Counted from the stretch's first letter, positions 10,515 through 24,900 are shown. The stretch is 64,000 nt of DNA from Basidiobolus meristosporus CBS 931.73 (GCA_002104905.1 MCFE01000107.1:62001-126000), one strand, 5' to 3'. The notes: generated by a model not told the origin, from the letters alone. Numbers and translations are program-made.

Positions 10515-12786
10515 TGTGGTAACAGAAAGTATTCCATCACTACAATATCTCAAAGCCAATATTTCACTCATTTCTTTATTTTGCTTTTGCAGTTGTAGTA
10601 CACAAATTAAAGATCAAGAAATTCCAAGTTTGAAGGACAAAAGCTCAAGACCCTGGCAAGCTGTCCACTCAAATATATTATGTCATGCAGAACACTCACT
10701 AGCCAACACATGTTTCATGTTAATTAAGCAGTACTTAAGGAGATATAATCAAAAGAGTCCAATAACCATACATACTAGGCCTCCAATGCCAGGATTACTA
10801 TGGTGACTTTGATTTTAGGTAACTTTTGAACCAGCCAATCAAATCACGTGAGATTCTCACAGGTGCTGCACATATTTCTAATCTGTGTCACTGCGGCATT
10901 TTAGCTTTGCATCATGTGCATTGCCTGTGCAATTGACCAAAAGCTTTAATCCATCAGAATTTTCATAAATATATATGTCTTCCCCAGCTGAGATAATAAA
11001 GGGGAGCCTCTCTTTCCACAATCTCCACACTAGAATTACAAGTTTAAAGGTTATGAGACTTCCCTTGCATCACTTTCACTGTTGAGTATTCTGATTTTGA
11101 TTGGAACTACATTGGTAAAGAGACTGCAAAGCTCACAAGAGTTCAATCTAAGTTCCACAAGAAAACTACCACTTTTCTGCTTGAAAGTCCCCTCTAGAAA
11201 CCCTTTTACTCTCAAGACACCCCTTTAGTGCAAAGTCCATTTTAGAGACCACTATAAGAAGCCCCTTTACTCAGAAGGCACCCATTTAGACACCTCATTA
11301 GGTCTAAAACCCCCTTAGACACTGCTACAATGCACACCTTCAGGTTTAAGGGGATTTCAGAATATCCATATTGGGAAGCATTTTCTCAGAAAGAAAAGTG
11401 ACTTCTAAATAAGAAAATGCTACCATAAAAGGTCAAACATTGCTGTAGAAGTGAGATACACTGCCTAGAGTATATTTTGAGCCTAAATCTGAGGATATTA
11501 GTGAAAGTTATAACATCTATTGGTATATCAAACTCTATGGTAATGGAAAGTGCTCCATTACTACAATATCTCAAAACCAATATTGCACTCATTTCTTTAT
11601 TTTGCTTTTTGCTATTGTAACACACAAGTGAAAGATCAAGAAATTCCAACTTTGAAGGACAAATACTCCAGACCCTGATAAGCAATCCACCCAAGAATAT
11701 TATGTCATACAGAACACATAGTTGCCAACACATGTTTCAAATTACAGCTCAATTGAAGCAGTACTTAAGGAGTTATGACCAAAAGAGTCCAATTACTAAA
11801 TATACTAGGCCACTATTACTAGGATTACTATGGTGACTTTGATCATGTGTAACTTTCAAACCAGCCAATCAAATCACATATATTTTACAGGTGCTGCACC
11901 TATGTCCAATCTGCACCACTGCAAAATTTTAGCGTTGTATCATGTGTATTGCTTGCACAATTGCCCAAAACTTTGATCCTTTAGAAATTTCATATATATG
12001 ACTTCCCCAGCTGAAAAATAAAGGAGAGCCTCTCTTTCCACAATCTCCACACTACAATTACAAGTTTAAATGTTATAAGACTTCCCTTGCATCACTTGCA
12101 CTGTTGAGTATTCTGACTTTGATTGGAACTACATCAGTAAAGAGACTGCAAAGCTCACAAGAATCCAATTTAGGTTCTACAAGAAACTACCACTTTTCTG
12201 TCAGACAAGTCCCCTCCAAGAAACCCCTTTAGACACCCCTTTAGTCCAAAGACCCCTTTAGAGACCCCTTTAAGAAACCCCTTTACTCTAAAGACACCCT
12301 TTTAAGCACCCCTTTAGTGTAAAGTCCACTTTGTGACTTCTACAACACACCCCTTTAGGTTAGAGGGAGTTCAGAATGCCCATATTAGGAAACATTTTCT
12401 CAGAAAAGAAAGTGACTACCAAATAAGGAACTGTTACTATAAAAGTAATCAGCCATTAGTCAACAGAAGGTCAGAACACTGCTGTAGAAGTGAGAAACAC
12501 TGCCTATAGTATATTTTGAGCCTAAGTTTGAGGATAACAGTGAAAGTTATATCTTTTATTGGTATATCAAACTCCCAATAAACTATTTCAGTATTAGCAT
12601 ACTGAAAGTTGATGTATATTGTTGATTAGCTTCTACATTGTAGAACAAGCCCCAAACTAATCCTAATACAACACAACAACTCCCAATAAACTATTGCAGT
12701 ATTAGCATACTGGAAGTTGTTGTATATTTTTGATTAGCCTCTCTATTGTAGGACAAGCCCTAAACTGATCATAATACAACACAACG
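10515..12786. mobile_element. Solo LTR L1a (10515-11535 + 12683-12786), 4-bp TSD ATTC
   Basis: TGTGGTAA start, ...ACAACACAAC(G) end; ATTC at 10511-10514 and 12787-12790; homologous to 15368-16463. Confidence 0.88.
11536..12678. mobile_element. Solo LTR L1b nested inside L1a, 4-bp TSD ACTC
   Basis: TATGGTAA...ACACAACA; ACTC at 11532-11535 and 12679-12682; the host LTR sequence caaactc|ccaataaac resumes afterwards. Confidence 0.9.
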
Positions 12787-14667
12787 ATTCCCCTTCATTA
12801 TCACCTTAAAGTACCTTCAATTTATACCTGGTTTGTGCTCTGCCATATTGTTGACATGTACAAACATCTCTAAAGCCTCATCCTTTGTCACAAGGAAGTA
12901 CACTCATGTATATCTTGTCTTGTTATGAATAAATGTTGTGAAGTATTTCTTGGCTCCAAAGGACAGTGTTTTCATGGGCCTACATATGTCTGAGTGCACA
13001 ATAGCCAATATTTTGGTGGTGTCAGTGTCTCCTGAGCTTTTGAAACACTACCTAGCTTGTTTTTCATATGAGCATCTCTCACAGACACTCAATTGGATTA
13101 ATATTAAGTAATTTAGGCCCAAAACAAGCTGATTTTTACTAATTGGCTCATTTTCTGCTCCTCAATGTGTCATAGGCTTCTATGCAATGCCTGCAGTTGG
13201 TTTCAGTAGTTTCAGCTATGTTGACATCCTCTGGTACAGTGATCTTACACTCTAACCTGTATATTTTGTAATCTCTGATTCCCAAAGCTAATTTCTATTC
13301 ATTTTTACTCAAAATTCAGCAGTTCAGTTTAGTAAAAGCAAGTTTCAGTGCTTGAGTATTTGCTTGGCCAACTGAGAGTTTATTCTAAGTTATTCAAGAC
13401 ACATAGAATACATTGGTCAGTATTGCTGTTGTTGCCCCTGACATTTCACTTGTATTTAGATCTACAGACCAACTGGCAGTAACTTCCATTTCAGAGTTGT
13501 CTCCTAGATAAACCTTTCTTACCAAAATAGTCTTCATGTTGCTGAACCACTCCTCTATACCACAAATATACTGTGATGCTCTAGAGTCAATATACCATTC
13601 ATTACTTTGGCAACTTGCACTGTCTTGTACAGTTACAATTAACTAACCATCTGCAGTTATAAGGTTTGCCTGCTCTAGTTTCTATTTTTTGTCTGCTTGC
13701 TTCTTCTTGGATTCTCTGACCCAGTGTCCTGGCATCTTACAGTAGCTACAGCAACCAGGTTTTCTTTGGTTGTCTTGCTTTCCCTTCCTTTCTGTGCACC
13801 TTTCTGAGCTGAATAAAGCATTAACTACAGATTGCTCTACTTGGTAATTACATCTGAGTTCTTCATGGAGAAATATCCCTTTGACATAGTCTAAGGTCAG
13901 GTTGTCTTTTCTGCTTTCAAAAGAAAGTACTAGTGGCTCATACATGTCTGGTGAGCTGCAAAGCAGAGAGAGTACCTCTTTTTCATTGTCTACATCTGCA
14001 TAATACTGTAAAGTTCTTCTGCAACTGTGTCCATTCCAGTAGTAAGTTGTAGCATATCATCCCCCAGCTTCTTCCTCATTTGAAGAGCTTTCTCTTTAAA
14101 TAAAGCTTGCTGAATACTGACTTTGCTCTGCAGACCTTCTCTAGGGATTCCCATGCTTCTTTGGCAGCATTAGAAGCAAGAATCTGTCCAATGAAGGAAT
14201 CTTGCACATTGATACATATGGTTTTGAAGGCTTTTCTCTTTTTCTCCTGAAGATTTTCAATTCCTGCTGCTCCTTTGGGCTCAGCCTCCTACCCTGCCAC
14301 TACATTCCAAAGCCTTATTTCTTTTAGGTAAAACTGCAAATTAACTCTCCAAAGTATGTTGTCCTCTCCATCAAACCTCTCCATTACAGGCAAGATGCTT
14401 ATACTGTTCTGCTTGCTGATAGATGTCATCATTATATTAGATCATGGCAGTTGGAGTTCATAACCTGTTGCAATCTCAGAAGTTTTTTGGATATAAGGAG
14501 TCAGTCAACAAATACAGATAATAGTTGAAATGTTATTTTTTCATAACGAATCTTAGTATCTATACCTTTGTAGAACTAATACGGATGTAACACTAAGTAA
14601 GAAGGTTTCTTGACATTCACAAGTATTCTGTAACAATTTCAGGGCTAATACATAATGTTTGGTAGGT

Positions 14668-15057
14668 AGACTTGTTTTGTTGGATAGTGCCACACTGGGC
14701 AATGTGTGCCAAATGATGTGATGGTGAGCCAGGGAGGCCAAGTGAACCTATACTTGGCCACAGAGTGTGGGGCATAGCTCTGCATCTTCATGCAAAGCAG
14801 CCCCTATGCTTCACCCATTGTGTTGGCAAAAATCCATTTTTTGACCTTTTTTTTAGGTCAAGGTTGTGCAGGATATGTAAGAGTACAAAAGGCTTGAAGA
14901 TATGCATCTGGTATGCAATACCCATGGCACTCTGAATCTGGTTCCTGTGGCTTGTAACATGTCACAAAAATGCATTGCAATATCTTGGTCCACTGGTACT
15001 ATCTGGCACTATATTTAAATATTAGCCCTAAAGTAACACCTATACAAAGCACTTATT
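14668..15057. mobile_element. Half MITE (one TIR arm plus spacer) of the 6126 family
   Basis: Begins AGACTTGTTTTGTTGGATAGTGCC, follows the arm and the reversed spacer, then abuts gypsy RT. Confidence 0.85.
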
Positions 15058-18000
15058 GGTCCAAAAGCTCATCAATCTGAGGTATGGGGTACTTATTCTT
15101 GACAGTAACTGAGTTCAGGGCTCTGTAGTCAATGCACATCCTAAGTGTTCCATCCTTCTTTTTCACAAAAAGCACTGGTACTCCCCAAGGTGACTTGCTG
15201 GGTCTGATGTATCCTTGGTCCAATAGCTGATCAATTTGTCCTTTCATTTCCTCCAATTCCAATGGACTCATTCTGTAAGGTGTCTTGCTCACTGGAGGGC
15301 TATCTCCTGTGTCAATGGCATGATCCACATCTCTGACTGGTGGTAAGCTTACAAGCTCATCTGGAAATGTGGTAATGGAAGGTATTCCATTACTACAATA
15401 TCTCTAAACCAATATTGCACTCATTCCTTTATTTTGCTTTTTGCTATTGTAACACACAAGTGAAAGATCAAGAATTTCCAACTTTGAAGAACAAATGCTC
15501 CAGACCCTGACAAGCAATCCACCCAAGAATATTATGTCATACAGAACATGTAGTAGCCAACACATGTTTTAAATTACAGCTCATTTGAAGCAGTACTTAA
15601 GGAGTTATGACCAAAAGAGTCTAACTATTATATATACTATGCCTTATTGCTAGGATTACTATGGTGACTTTGATCATGTGTAACTTTCAAACCAGCCAAT
15701 CAAATCACATATAATTTTACAGGTGCTGCGCCTATGTCCGATCTGCGCCACTGCAAAATTTTAGCTTTGTATCACGTGTATTGCTTGCGCAATTGCCCAA
15801 AAACTTTGATCCTTCAAAATTTTCATATATATGACTTCCCCAGCTGAAAAATAAAAAGGGAGCCTCTCTTTCCAGAATCTCCACACTACGATTACAAGTT
15901 TAAAGGTTATAAGACTTCCCCTGCATCACTTGCACTGTTGAGTATTCTGACTTTGATCAGTACTACATCAGTAAATAGACTGCAAAGCTCACAAGAATCC
16001 AATCTAAGTTCTACAAGAAACTACCACTTTTCTGTCGGAAAAGTCCCCTCTAAGAAACCCCTTTACTCTAAAGACACCCCTTTAGACACCCCTTTAGGTC
16101 TAAAGACCCCTTTAGAGACTTCTACAACACACCCCTTTAGGTTAAAGGGGAGTTCAGAATTTCCATATTAGGAAATATTTTCTCAGAAAGGAAAGTGACT
16201 CCCAAATAAGGAAAAGTTACTATAAAAGTAAATAAGCCCATTAGTTGACAGAAGGTCAGAACACTGCTGTAGAAGTGATAAACACTGCCTACAGTATATT
16301 TTGAGCCTAAGATTGAGGAAATTAGTGAAAGTTATATCTTCTATTGGTATATCAAACTCCCAGTAAACTATTTCAGTATTAGCATACTGGAAGTTGTTGT
16401 ATATTGTTGATTAGCCTCTACATTGTAGAACAAGCCCCAAACAAATCATAATACAACACAACAGAAACACGTCTGAATATTTCTTCAAGAGAGTCTGTAC
16501 CTGTTGGGGTGATGGGGTATAGTAATCCCCCTGTAATACCGCCATGAGGAACATCTGAGTACCTTTTCGAAGTGCTCTACAGAACTGGGTCTTGCTAAGT
16601 TCACTTGTCTCACACATACTGGAATTGACCAAGTTGAAATCCAGCCTGGCAGGTAATAACTCATAGGTCTTGTTGTCTTTTTGGATCTGAGTAGCATGAG
16701 TTCTCCAGTTGATTGATGGATTACAACAAAATAGCCAGGTTTTTCCAAGTACAAGGTCAAACTTGCAGTTCCCAAATATATAAGCCTGTAGGTCTTCTTG
16801 ATAGTCATTGATCTTCATTCTTACTGGCTGGGTAATATGGTTGATTATGTGAGAGTTCCCATTGGCTGTGGAGACTGAAGTTGATTTGGTAGGTTCCAAG
16901 TTGATTCCAGCTTTCAAGGCAAATTGCTCTGACATGAACTCATGTGATGCTCCTGAGTCAATCATGATCTTAGCAGGTACTCCATTGATTACTCCATTCA
17001 AGTATAACAGCTTTCCTGAGTTGCAGGTTGTTTGGGATAGGTATTCTTCTGTCATGTGGAAGGTGAGCTCTAAGTCTTCTTCAAGCTGATCCTCCATGTT
17101 ACAATGCTCAAGGGCTTCAGTATGGTTGAAGGTTCTAGTGGACTAGTGTCTATTTCTTTTCTGAGGGCAGTACATTGCAATATGTTCTTGCTGGTGGCAA
17201 TTAAAGTAAAGTCCTTTCTGCTTACATTCTTCTGAGGTGGGACTCTTCTGCACAGCATCTGTTTCCATTAGCACTGCTTCTGATTGTCTTCTTTCATAAT
17301 GATTATAGCCTCTCTGATAAGTCATTTTGGGCTTCCCAGTTCCAAACATAAATGGGTCATAGTCAACAGCAATCTTAATGGCTTCTTCAGTATTCTGAAG
17401 TCTTTGATAATCACTTCCTTGCAAGTTCTGTCTTTTAACCCATCAATAAAGTATTGAACTTGATCCTGGGGGTTCATTCTTTCAGTCTGTCCAAGTAGAC
17501 ATCTATACTCATAAATATACTTGTGAGCTAATCCTTCCTGTCTGAGTGCCTTCAACCTCCTCATTAGTAGTGTTTGCTGGTGTGGAAGTTCAAGTGTATC
17601 CTGAATTTCCATCCCAAACTGATCCCAGGTAGAGACTGTAGAACATCCTATCATGGTGGCTGACCTGATCTTGTTGTAGTACCACGGTAAAGCTGCATTA
17701 GCTAAGTAAGAAGCTGCATAATGCAACTTGCTTTTGGGAGCAATTGCCTTAGCCTTAAAAGCTTATTCAATCTGAAAGAGCCAAGTTCACAGGTTTTCAT
17801 TGACTCTACCATGGCACCAGTTGGCCTTCACACCAAAGTTGCTCATTACAGGGTTTTGCTGCTGCTGGGCCATGGTAGTCATTCCTTGCTGCAGCTGCCT
17901 AATGATCTGGAGCAACTGGTGCTGTTGGGCCAGGATTTGCAGCATAGCATTCTTTCATTCTTGATTTTCTGACATCTTGAGGGTGGCTTCTTCTTTCTTT

Positions 18001-18215
18001 GAGGGGAAACCTCTATTTATTGCTGCTATCAATGTTACAAGTCTTGGTACAAGAGTATAGACTAACAGGGAGCTTAACTAGTATTGTATTCACTAAAACC
18101 CATACCCATCTTTATTGTGGCTCCAGCAGATCCTTGTATACATTTTGCCAGATCAATTACTGACTAATTGTACTTCCCAAAGGAGGTTGTGGCCAATGGC
18201 TCATTTGATTGCATC
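15058..18215 (-). mobile_element. Degenerate Ty3/gypsy (partial 5' LTR 18033-~18215, gag, protease, start of RT)
   Basis: Retrotrans_gag-like ORF 17322-17726; zinc-knuckle relic FNCHQQEHIAMYC; protease IDSGASH (16411-17097); [35 protein letters not shown] (15053-15328). Confidence 0.92.
15368..16463. mobile_element. Solo LTR L1c inserted in gypsy pol, 4-bp TSD GAAA
   Basis: TGTGG...CAACA; GAAA at 15364-15367 and 16464-16467; excision restores KYSDVF-PDEL. Confidence 0.92.
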
Positions 18216-18239
18216 ATCATTACCCAAACTACTCATGGA

Positions 18240-18870
18240 GCAGCTATTGATGTGCAATCTATTCATGTTATAGCTTCTAATAGCATGCTCAATGAACAGA
18301 GCATGTTTGCTTTGATTGCTCAGGCATCACTTGGCCAGTGTATTAGGTTATTGTAGCATTGCAAGTACATTGCTTCTAGTGGAAATTTGTCTTCCATCTA
18401 ACTTTTATTATGAGCATCTTCAGCTTCTGATTAGCTATATACTCTGCTCTGGGGCTAACAGGCTGCCTACTTTGCTGCAATTGTATGCGGACTTATGTGC
18501 ATTCTTGGTGTGGAGCAATTTAATCTCTTAGTGTTGGTATATTGGCAATCAAAGTCTGCAGGGCTTGCTAGTGATGTATTTACTTAATAAGAATCCACAA
18601 AGGGCAACAGTCAAGGAGTGCTCATGCACACCTTCAGTGAAGATTTTGCCTGTTAGCTGTTTCAAAAGTTTCTATTGAATTTAGCAAATCTTTCTGAATA
18701 TGACTAAGCCAGAGATATTGCTTTATCTTCACATATTTTGTGTTGCTGCACTTATCAAACAAGTACATGCAAGATAAATTTGCCTCATAGGTTGGAATCA
18801 ACTCAGGACTCACCACAGCAACTTCAGTCTGGACAGCTGAGCAGAACTCTTGTATATTCAACCCAACCAC
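18240..18870 (-). mobile_element. CACTA transposase fragment
   Basis: Reverse complement resembles 40610-40800 (gcatacaattgcagcaaag...aatcagaagctgaagat). Confidence 0.55.
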
Positions 18871-18879
18871 TCAGCCAGT

Positions 18880-20140
18880 AAGAATGCAGATCAGTTACTA
18901 TGAAGAAGACCAGCAGGCCAACATATCTAGGAACTGCAAGCCTTACCATATACTTAAAAGACCAGCCTATTTTGTTGTAAACCATCAATCCACAGGTGAG
19001 CCTATGCTACTCAGATCCAAAAGGACCACAAGACTTTTAAGTTGTTACCTGCCAGACTGAATCTCAGCTTGGTCCATTCCAGTGTGTGTAGCACAAATGA
19101 CCTTAGAAAGAACCAGCTGTGTAGAGCATTGAGGAAAGGTAGCCAAATGCTTCTCATGGTTGTCTCACCAGGGAGCTCCTCCACCCCAGTTCCTCAGAAA
19201 ATCCAGACTCTTTTGAACAAATATTTGAACATTTTTCCAGACTAAGTTTTAAAACCAAAGCATCATTAGTTGCCAGATATGTGGTCATATTCTCTACTTC
19301 AGGTCAAGTGAGTGCCCCTGCAGGTTGTATTGTGCAACATGAAGTGATGGCTGCACCAGCATACAGAGATTCAGACCCAACAGGATTACATACATCACTT
19401 GGATCTCTACCTTATTATGGAATACTTCAATAATTATATTTGCGCATACTAGCGGCCCCAGAGTATTTCAGTGTAATATCTGTGGTCCTTGTAGGTATAT
19501 CAAGTACATATAACCAATGTGACTTAGTCAGATCCATGATTTTGTAACATTACTATGGCAATATATGGGCATGTCAAAAGCACCAAGCTCATTAGGCCAC
19601 CAATTTTAGCACAATTGGGGCAGCCACCATCATAGGGGGATACAGTATCTCTACCCACAGCTAACTTGTACCAAAGTTTTGGGATACTATTGAGCCTCCA
19701 CATCAGCCAACATTACTAAAAATGGTGCTGAAGACACTCAGACATGAAGGAAAGGGTCATGAATAAACTTGAGTAGGGATGTCTACTTGGGTAAGTTGAA
19801 AGAATGAATTGCCCTGATCATGTGAATACTTGGCTCATGAGCTGAAGGAAAGAATTCCGAAGGTAGTGGGTTGTACAATACCTCAGAATGCCTAAGAGGC
19901 CACTCCTATTGCCAATGCTATAATGGGAGTTGGAAAGCCTTCAATGACTAAGCAGCAAGGTTTCAGTCACTACAAAAGAAGCTAGTTGGAAGAAGTGTCA
20001 GTGGAAATAAATGTATTGCAAAAGAATTCAACCTCAGACAAATCCATGTAGAGGGGACTCTACTTTAATATCTATGAGTAAGGACATATGTCAAACAACT
20101 GCTGCCAAAGATGAAGTGGACAAAAGCCATCAAGTAATGA
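18880..20140 (+). mobile_element. Scrambled Ty3/gypsy fragments (protease-RT linker; gag C-terminus)
   Basis: 19042-19245 (LCRALRKGSQM..QTLLNKYLNIFPD) matches 16480-16700 reversed; 19850-20140 matches gypsy gag at 17140-17420. Confidence 0.7.
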
Positions 20141-20144
20141 TTGA

Positions 20145-21920
20145 ACTTTGGTTTATTCATAGAGAAGCTCTGTATCTTTACCTTTGTAGAGATAATACAA
20201 CTGTAACACCAAGTTAGGAGAGCTGCTTACTACTTAGGGACATTTGGCAGCAGTTTTGGGGTTAATGCACACAGTTTTGTAAATGCACTTATTCAATCTT
20301 AACTATATATGAATGATATCAAGATTATATCTATGGCACCTTATAGATAAGTGAAAATTTGTTCAGCGGCTGTCATTTCATTGGACACATAACTTGGCTT
20401 GTGCTGAATGACTGATCCTACTGCCACTGCAGTGTCTGGACAGGTAAATATCATTAAGTACATGGGGCAACCAGCCATTGATTAATAGGGAAAATCATAG
20501 TTGGACTGGTGAAGGTTCATCCTGTAACTGGCTTGCTCAATTGTGAAATATTTTGCATAAGGTTTGCTGCAGACTTGCAAATTTCCATTTTGAAGCATCT
20601 AAGAATGTCACTGATGTAACTAGACTAATCTAGCACAGTTTTCTACCCAGATATCTTATGTTTGGTCTTAATTAAAAGAGTACAGCTGAGTTTTCCAATA
20701 TCTTTCATTCCAAACTTACCAAAGTGGCTTGGTTTTTATTCAGGTGCCACTTGGCTACATGCAGCTATTATTAGACTGTCCACATAGAGCACCAGAGTAA
20801 TAATTCCGTCTTTACACTTCTTCAGGTTGATATTGTAGTCTACAGTACTTCAAGAGAGATCAATGTCAGCTGGATATGTTTCAATTTGTGCTACCATGCT
20901 CTAGGTGCCTGCTTTAGCATTTACCACAATTTTTGAGTGGGTACACCTTATAGCAGCCTTTTAGACTGGTAAAAACTTCCAATTGCTCCATGTATATAGT
21001 TTTTGGTAGATTCACATTTGAAATGAATGTTTTACAAACATGTTGTAAAATCTGAGCTATTCAGTTGCTAGGGCTTAAACCCTCTTCTCAGAGTTAAACC
21101 AGGCCACCAGAGTATATGTTACCTCAAAGTCCAGCTTTGGATCTGAGAGTAGACATTAGCTGCTATTGTAGCTTTGTACTTATCAAAGGTGCAATATCAA
21201 GCTATCTTTGTCTTGTGGACACAACTACATCCAATTGGCTCTCTCCCATTTGGTAACTATCAAAGTTCTCTCACTTTTGCCCTGATAAGTGATTGGAACT
21301 CTTCCTTCATGGTAGTTTCAGTTGGTGCTTAATAAGTTTTTTGGAAATAAGAGATTTGGGAAGAAATTGCAATAATAGTTGAACTGTTGTTTATTCATAA
21401 AGAAGCTTGGTATTTTTGCCTTTGTAGAAGTTGTACAACTATAATACCAAGTAAGGAGAGTTTCTCAGCACCATGGAGCATTCTGTAAAAGTTTCAAGGT
21501 TAGTACACAATGCTTGGCAGAATTGCTAATACAACCTTCACTGTAGGAGAGTATTCACAGAATCATAGATCTGAATGAAAGTGGCAAAGTCGTGGATATA
21601 ATTAGTCTTATAGTGTCAAAGAACAGTCCAGAATTGCTGAGTGAATTTTCAGCAACCAAAATATACCAAATAAACTAATTTTCAACATTCCCTCTTGACC
21701 AAATAATTTCTTGATCCCAATTCCTCACTGCAACTCTTGAGCTGTGGCCTAGCAGGTGCTTTTATCAATAGATCTGTTACAATTTGTCAGTTTAGCATTA
21801 AGCTGACTGTACTGAGTTACTTCTTATAGCTTCCCTCACAAGGAGATGTTGTATATCTACGTGCTCTTCTGGCATAACTAGTTGAAATCTTGGCTAATAA
21901 AAACCAAATTTGAGTATCCT
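20145..21920 (-). mobile_element. Highly degenerate copia A fragments (LTR piece, RT, 3' LTR ~21323-21687 with PPT, RNase H end)
   Basis: Reverse-complement similarity to 37000-38873. Confidence 0.7.
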
Positions 21921-21944
21921 TGTAGCTCTTAATTTATTAACTCC

Positions 21945-24900
21945 GTGGTATTGTTCAGCAGCTAAAAACTTATGTAACTATTCTGGACTAGTCTGGTCAC
22001 TGTAGGACTAGCTTAAAGCCCTAAACATGCCACTTTTGCTCAGATCAATGATTCTATAATGACTCCCCTAGTGTGAAGAGTAAATTAGCACATATATCAA
22101 ACATTATATACTAACCCTGAAGCTATTACAGAATACTCATAGATATTGGGAAATGCTCCTTACTTAGTACTATAGTTGTGCTACTTCTAGAAAGATATAA
22201 ATGCTGAGCTTCTTCATCAATAGTCAACAGTACAGCCATGATCATCCTTTGTTGACAAGTTCCTTGTATCCAAAACACTTGTTAAATTACAACAGGTTAT
22301 GAGCCCCAGATGCCTTAACCTATTCCAAAGATGACATCTATCATGGGACAGAACAATACAAGCATGTTCCCTGTACAGGAGAGGTATGGTGTAATGAACT
22401 ACAGACTGTGAAGAATCCAGATGCAGTTTTACCTTGACAAAAGAAGGCTTTGGAATATAGTAACAGGAAAGGAGGCTGAGCCCAATGGAATAGCTGTAGA
22501 AGTTGAAATGCCTCAAGAGCAGGCAAGTCTTGAAAGCTTGGGTCTGTCTCTATGAATTAAATCTTCCTGGATATTTCCTTGTTGTCCACCAGTTGGCAAG
22601 TTGTAAATGGACATTCTCTGATGAGCATGAATGGTCTTATCTATTGTGGCTCCAGCTTCTTCTACACATTGTATCTCAGCAAAACAAAGTTCCCAACTGT
22701 CAATGCTGCTGGTGACATAGTTGAATCAAATCTCTGCTTCATCTGTTTGGCATATGCCTCTTGATGTGTTTGTTCCAGCTGCTGGTGTCTACTTGGCTAA
22801 CTGACTTTATTTTTTAAGGTGTCTGCAGGCTTTAGTTGTGTCAAATGTCCTGGAATCCTTGTTCACACCCATAAAATAAGTAAAATGGTGATTGTTGGAT
22901 GACAATGTGCACCCTAACTCTGCAGGCAAAAGGTGCTTAGTATATATACCCATCCCATCTACTGATAGCTCCATCTGCATACTTGGTTGGCATTTTCTAT
23001 AAAATCCATTTAACCTCTGAGTGATTCCAACAGTTTTAGGGTAATATGCCAAGTTTTTCAGGTGTTTGATCAGCAGCACTTGCAGGTAAGCTTCCAATGT
23101 CTTTGCCATGAAGTTTGCTCCTCTATTGGAACAACCCTCTACTGAGCATCCAAACTTCATAAGGAATTCTTAGTAGATGAAACCTACTTCAGATTCTTGA
23201 TTACTTCAACCTTCTTAGGGTCTAAGGTCACTCCCGTACTAGTCAGCATGTGTTCAAGGTATTCATTATATTCCCTGAAGAATCTAACTTTGCTAGCCTG
23301 CCATATAGCTTGTTCTCTCTTAGCTTCTTCAAGACCTTTTCAATTTGCACCAAGTGGACCTCATCTGTGTTGCTGTATATCACTATGTTGTCTTGGTAGA
23401 TTACTACCTACTTGTCTAAGTACTCCTGGAACACTTTTGTATCAAGGTTACAAATAATGCAGTGACATTGGTAAGGCAAAAACTCAAGACCAAGTACTCT
23501 TAATGCTCATATCTGGTCCTGAATGCTGTCTTAGGGTTGTCTTCTGGTTTCACCCTAATCTGGTTGTATCCTGAGATGAGGTCAATCCTACTGAGTATAG
23601 TGGCTCCATTTGGTTGGTCTAAAGGCTCTTCAATCCAACTATGGAGTACTTATTCTTCACAGTAACTGAGTTAAGGGCACTGTAGTCAATGCACATCCTA
23701 AATGTTCCATCCTTTCTTTTCACAAAAGCATTGATGCTCCCCAAGGTCACTTACTGGACCTGATATATCCTTGCTCCACTAACTGATATATTGGTCTCCT
23801 CATCTCTTACAACTCCAATGGACTCATTTGGGTTTTTTTGGACTTGGGTGGCATGGGTACTCCAGTCGCTTAAATGATTGTAATGGAATAGCCATGTTTT
23901 CCCAAGTACAAGGTCAAATTTTCAGTTATCATACTTATAGGCCTCTAGGTCTTATTCATAGTTAGTCATCTTCATTATAACCAGCTGTGTAATACGGTTG
24001 ATTATGTTGGAATTCCCATCAGTTGTTGAGACTGATGTTAGTTTGGTAAATTTCAAATTGATTCCAGCTTTCAGGGCAAATTACTCTGATATGAACTCAT
24101 GTGATGCTCCTGTGTCAATCATGATCTTGCCAGGTACTCCACTGATGATTCCATTCAAGTATAAAAGCTTTACTGAGTTAGAGGACAATTAGGAATGGGA
24201 ATTCTTTTGTCACATGGTGGTGAGTTCTGAGTTTTCTTCAAATCATTCTCCACATTACAATGCTCAAGGGCTTCAATATGGTTAATGGCTCTTGTGGACT
24301 AGTATCTACTTCTTTTCTGAGTGCAGCACTTTGCAATATGTCCTTGCTGGTGGCAATTAAAGAAAAGTCCTTTCTACTAACATTCTTCCAAGGTGGGATT
24401 CTTCTGTGTAGCATCTATTTCCATTAGCACTGCTTCTGATTGTCTTCTCTCATAATGATTACAGCCTCTCTGACTAGTCATGGTTGGCTTTTTAACCCCA
24501 AACATAGGTGAGTAATAGTCAATGGCAATCTTGATCGCTTCTTCACTGAGAGGCCTTCAATCATTCACTTTCCTGCAAGTTCTTTCTTTCAACCTATCAA
24601 TAATGTATTGAACCTGATCTAGGGGATCCATTTTCTCAAAATTTGCAGCAGATACCTAAGCTCATAAATGTATTCTTGCAGCATTCTTTTCTTGCAGAGT
24701 GTCTTCTGCTTCCTTGCTAGTATTGTCAACTGGTGGGGAGTTGTAATTGCTTCTTAAATTTCCATCACAAACTCATCTCAGGTAGAAATAGTAGAGCATC
24801 TCATCATGGTGGCTGTTCTGATCTTGTAGTGGTAACACTGCAAAGGTGCATCTGACAGGTAAGAGGCTGCATTATGTAACTTGCATTCTAGGGCAGTCCT

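Larger units (their letters stand above)
10470..14662 (-). mobile_element. Degenerate Ty1/copia family A (partial 5' LTR, PBS, gag, protease, integrase start), split by nested solo LTRs
   Basis: Homologous to 34188-36270. LTR part 14466-14662, PBS-like GGTTATGAAC, gag zinc knuckle CSYCKMPGHWVRES (13682-13945). The integrase GEYCSKE codons are split at 10511-10514 / 12787-12790. Confidence 0.88.

Noticed and set aside
12220-12360. CCCCTTTA repeats as telomeric or CRISPR-like array
   Set aside because: Not TTAGGG/TTTAGGG, irregular spacing, no unique spacers, embedded in LTRs, no cas genes.
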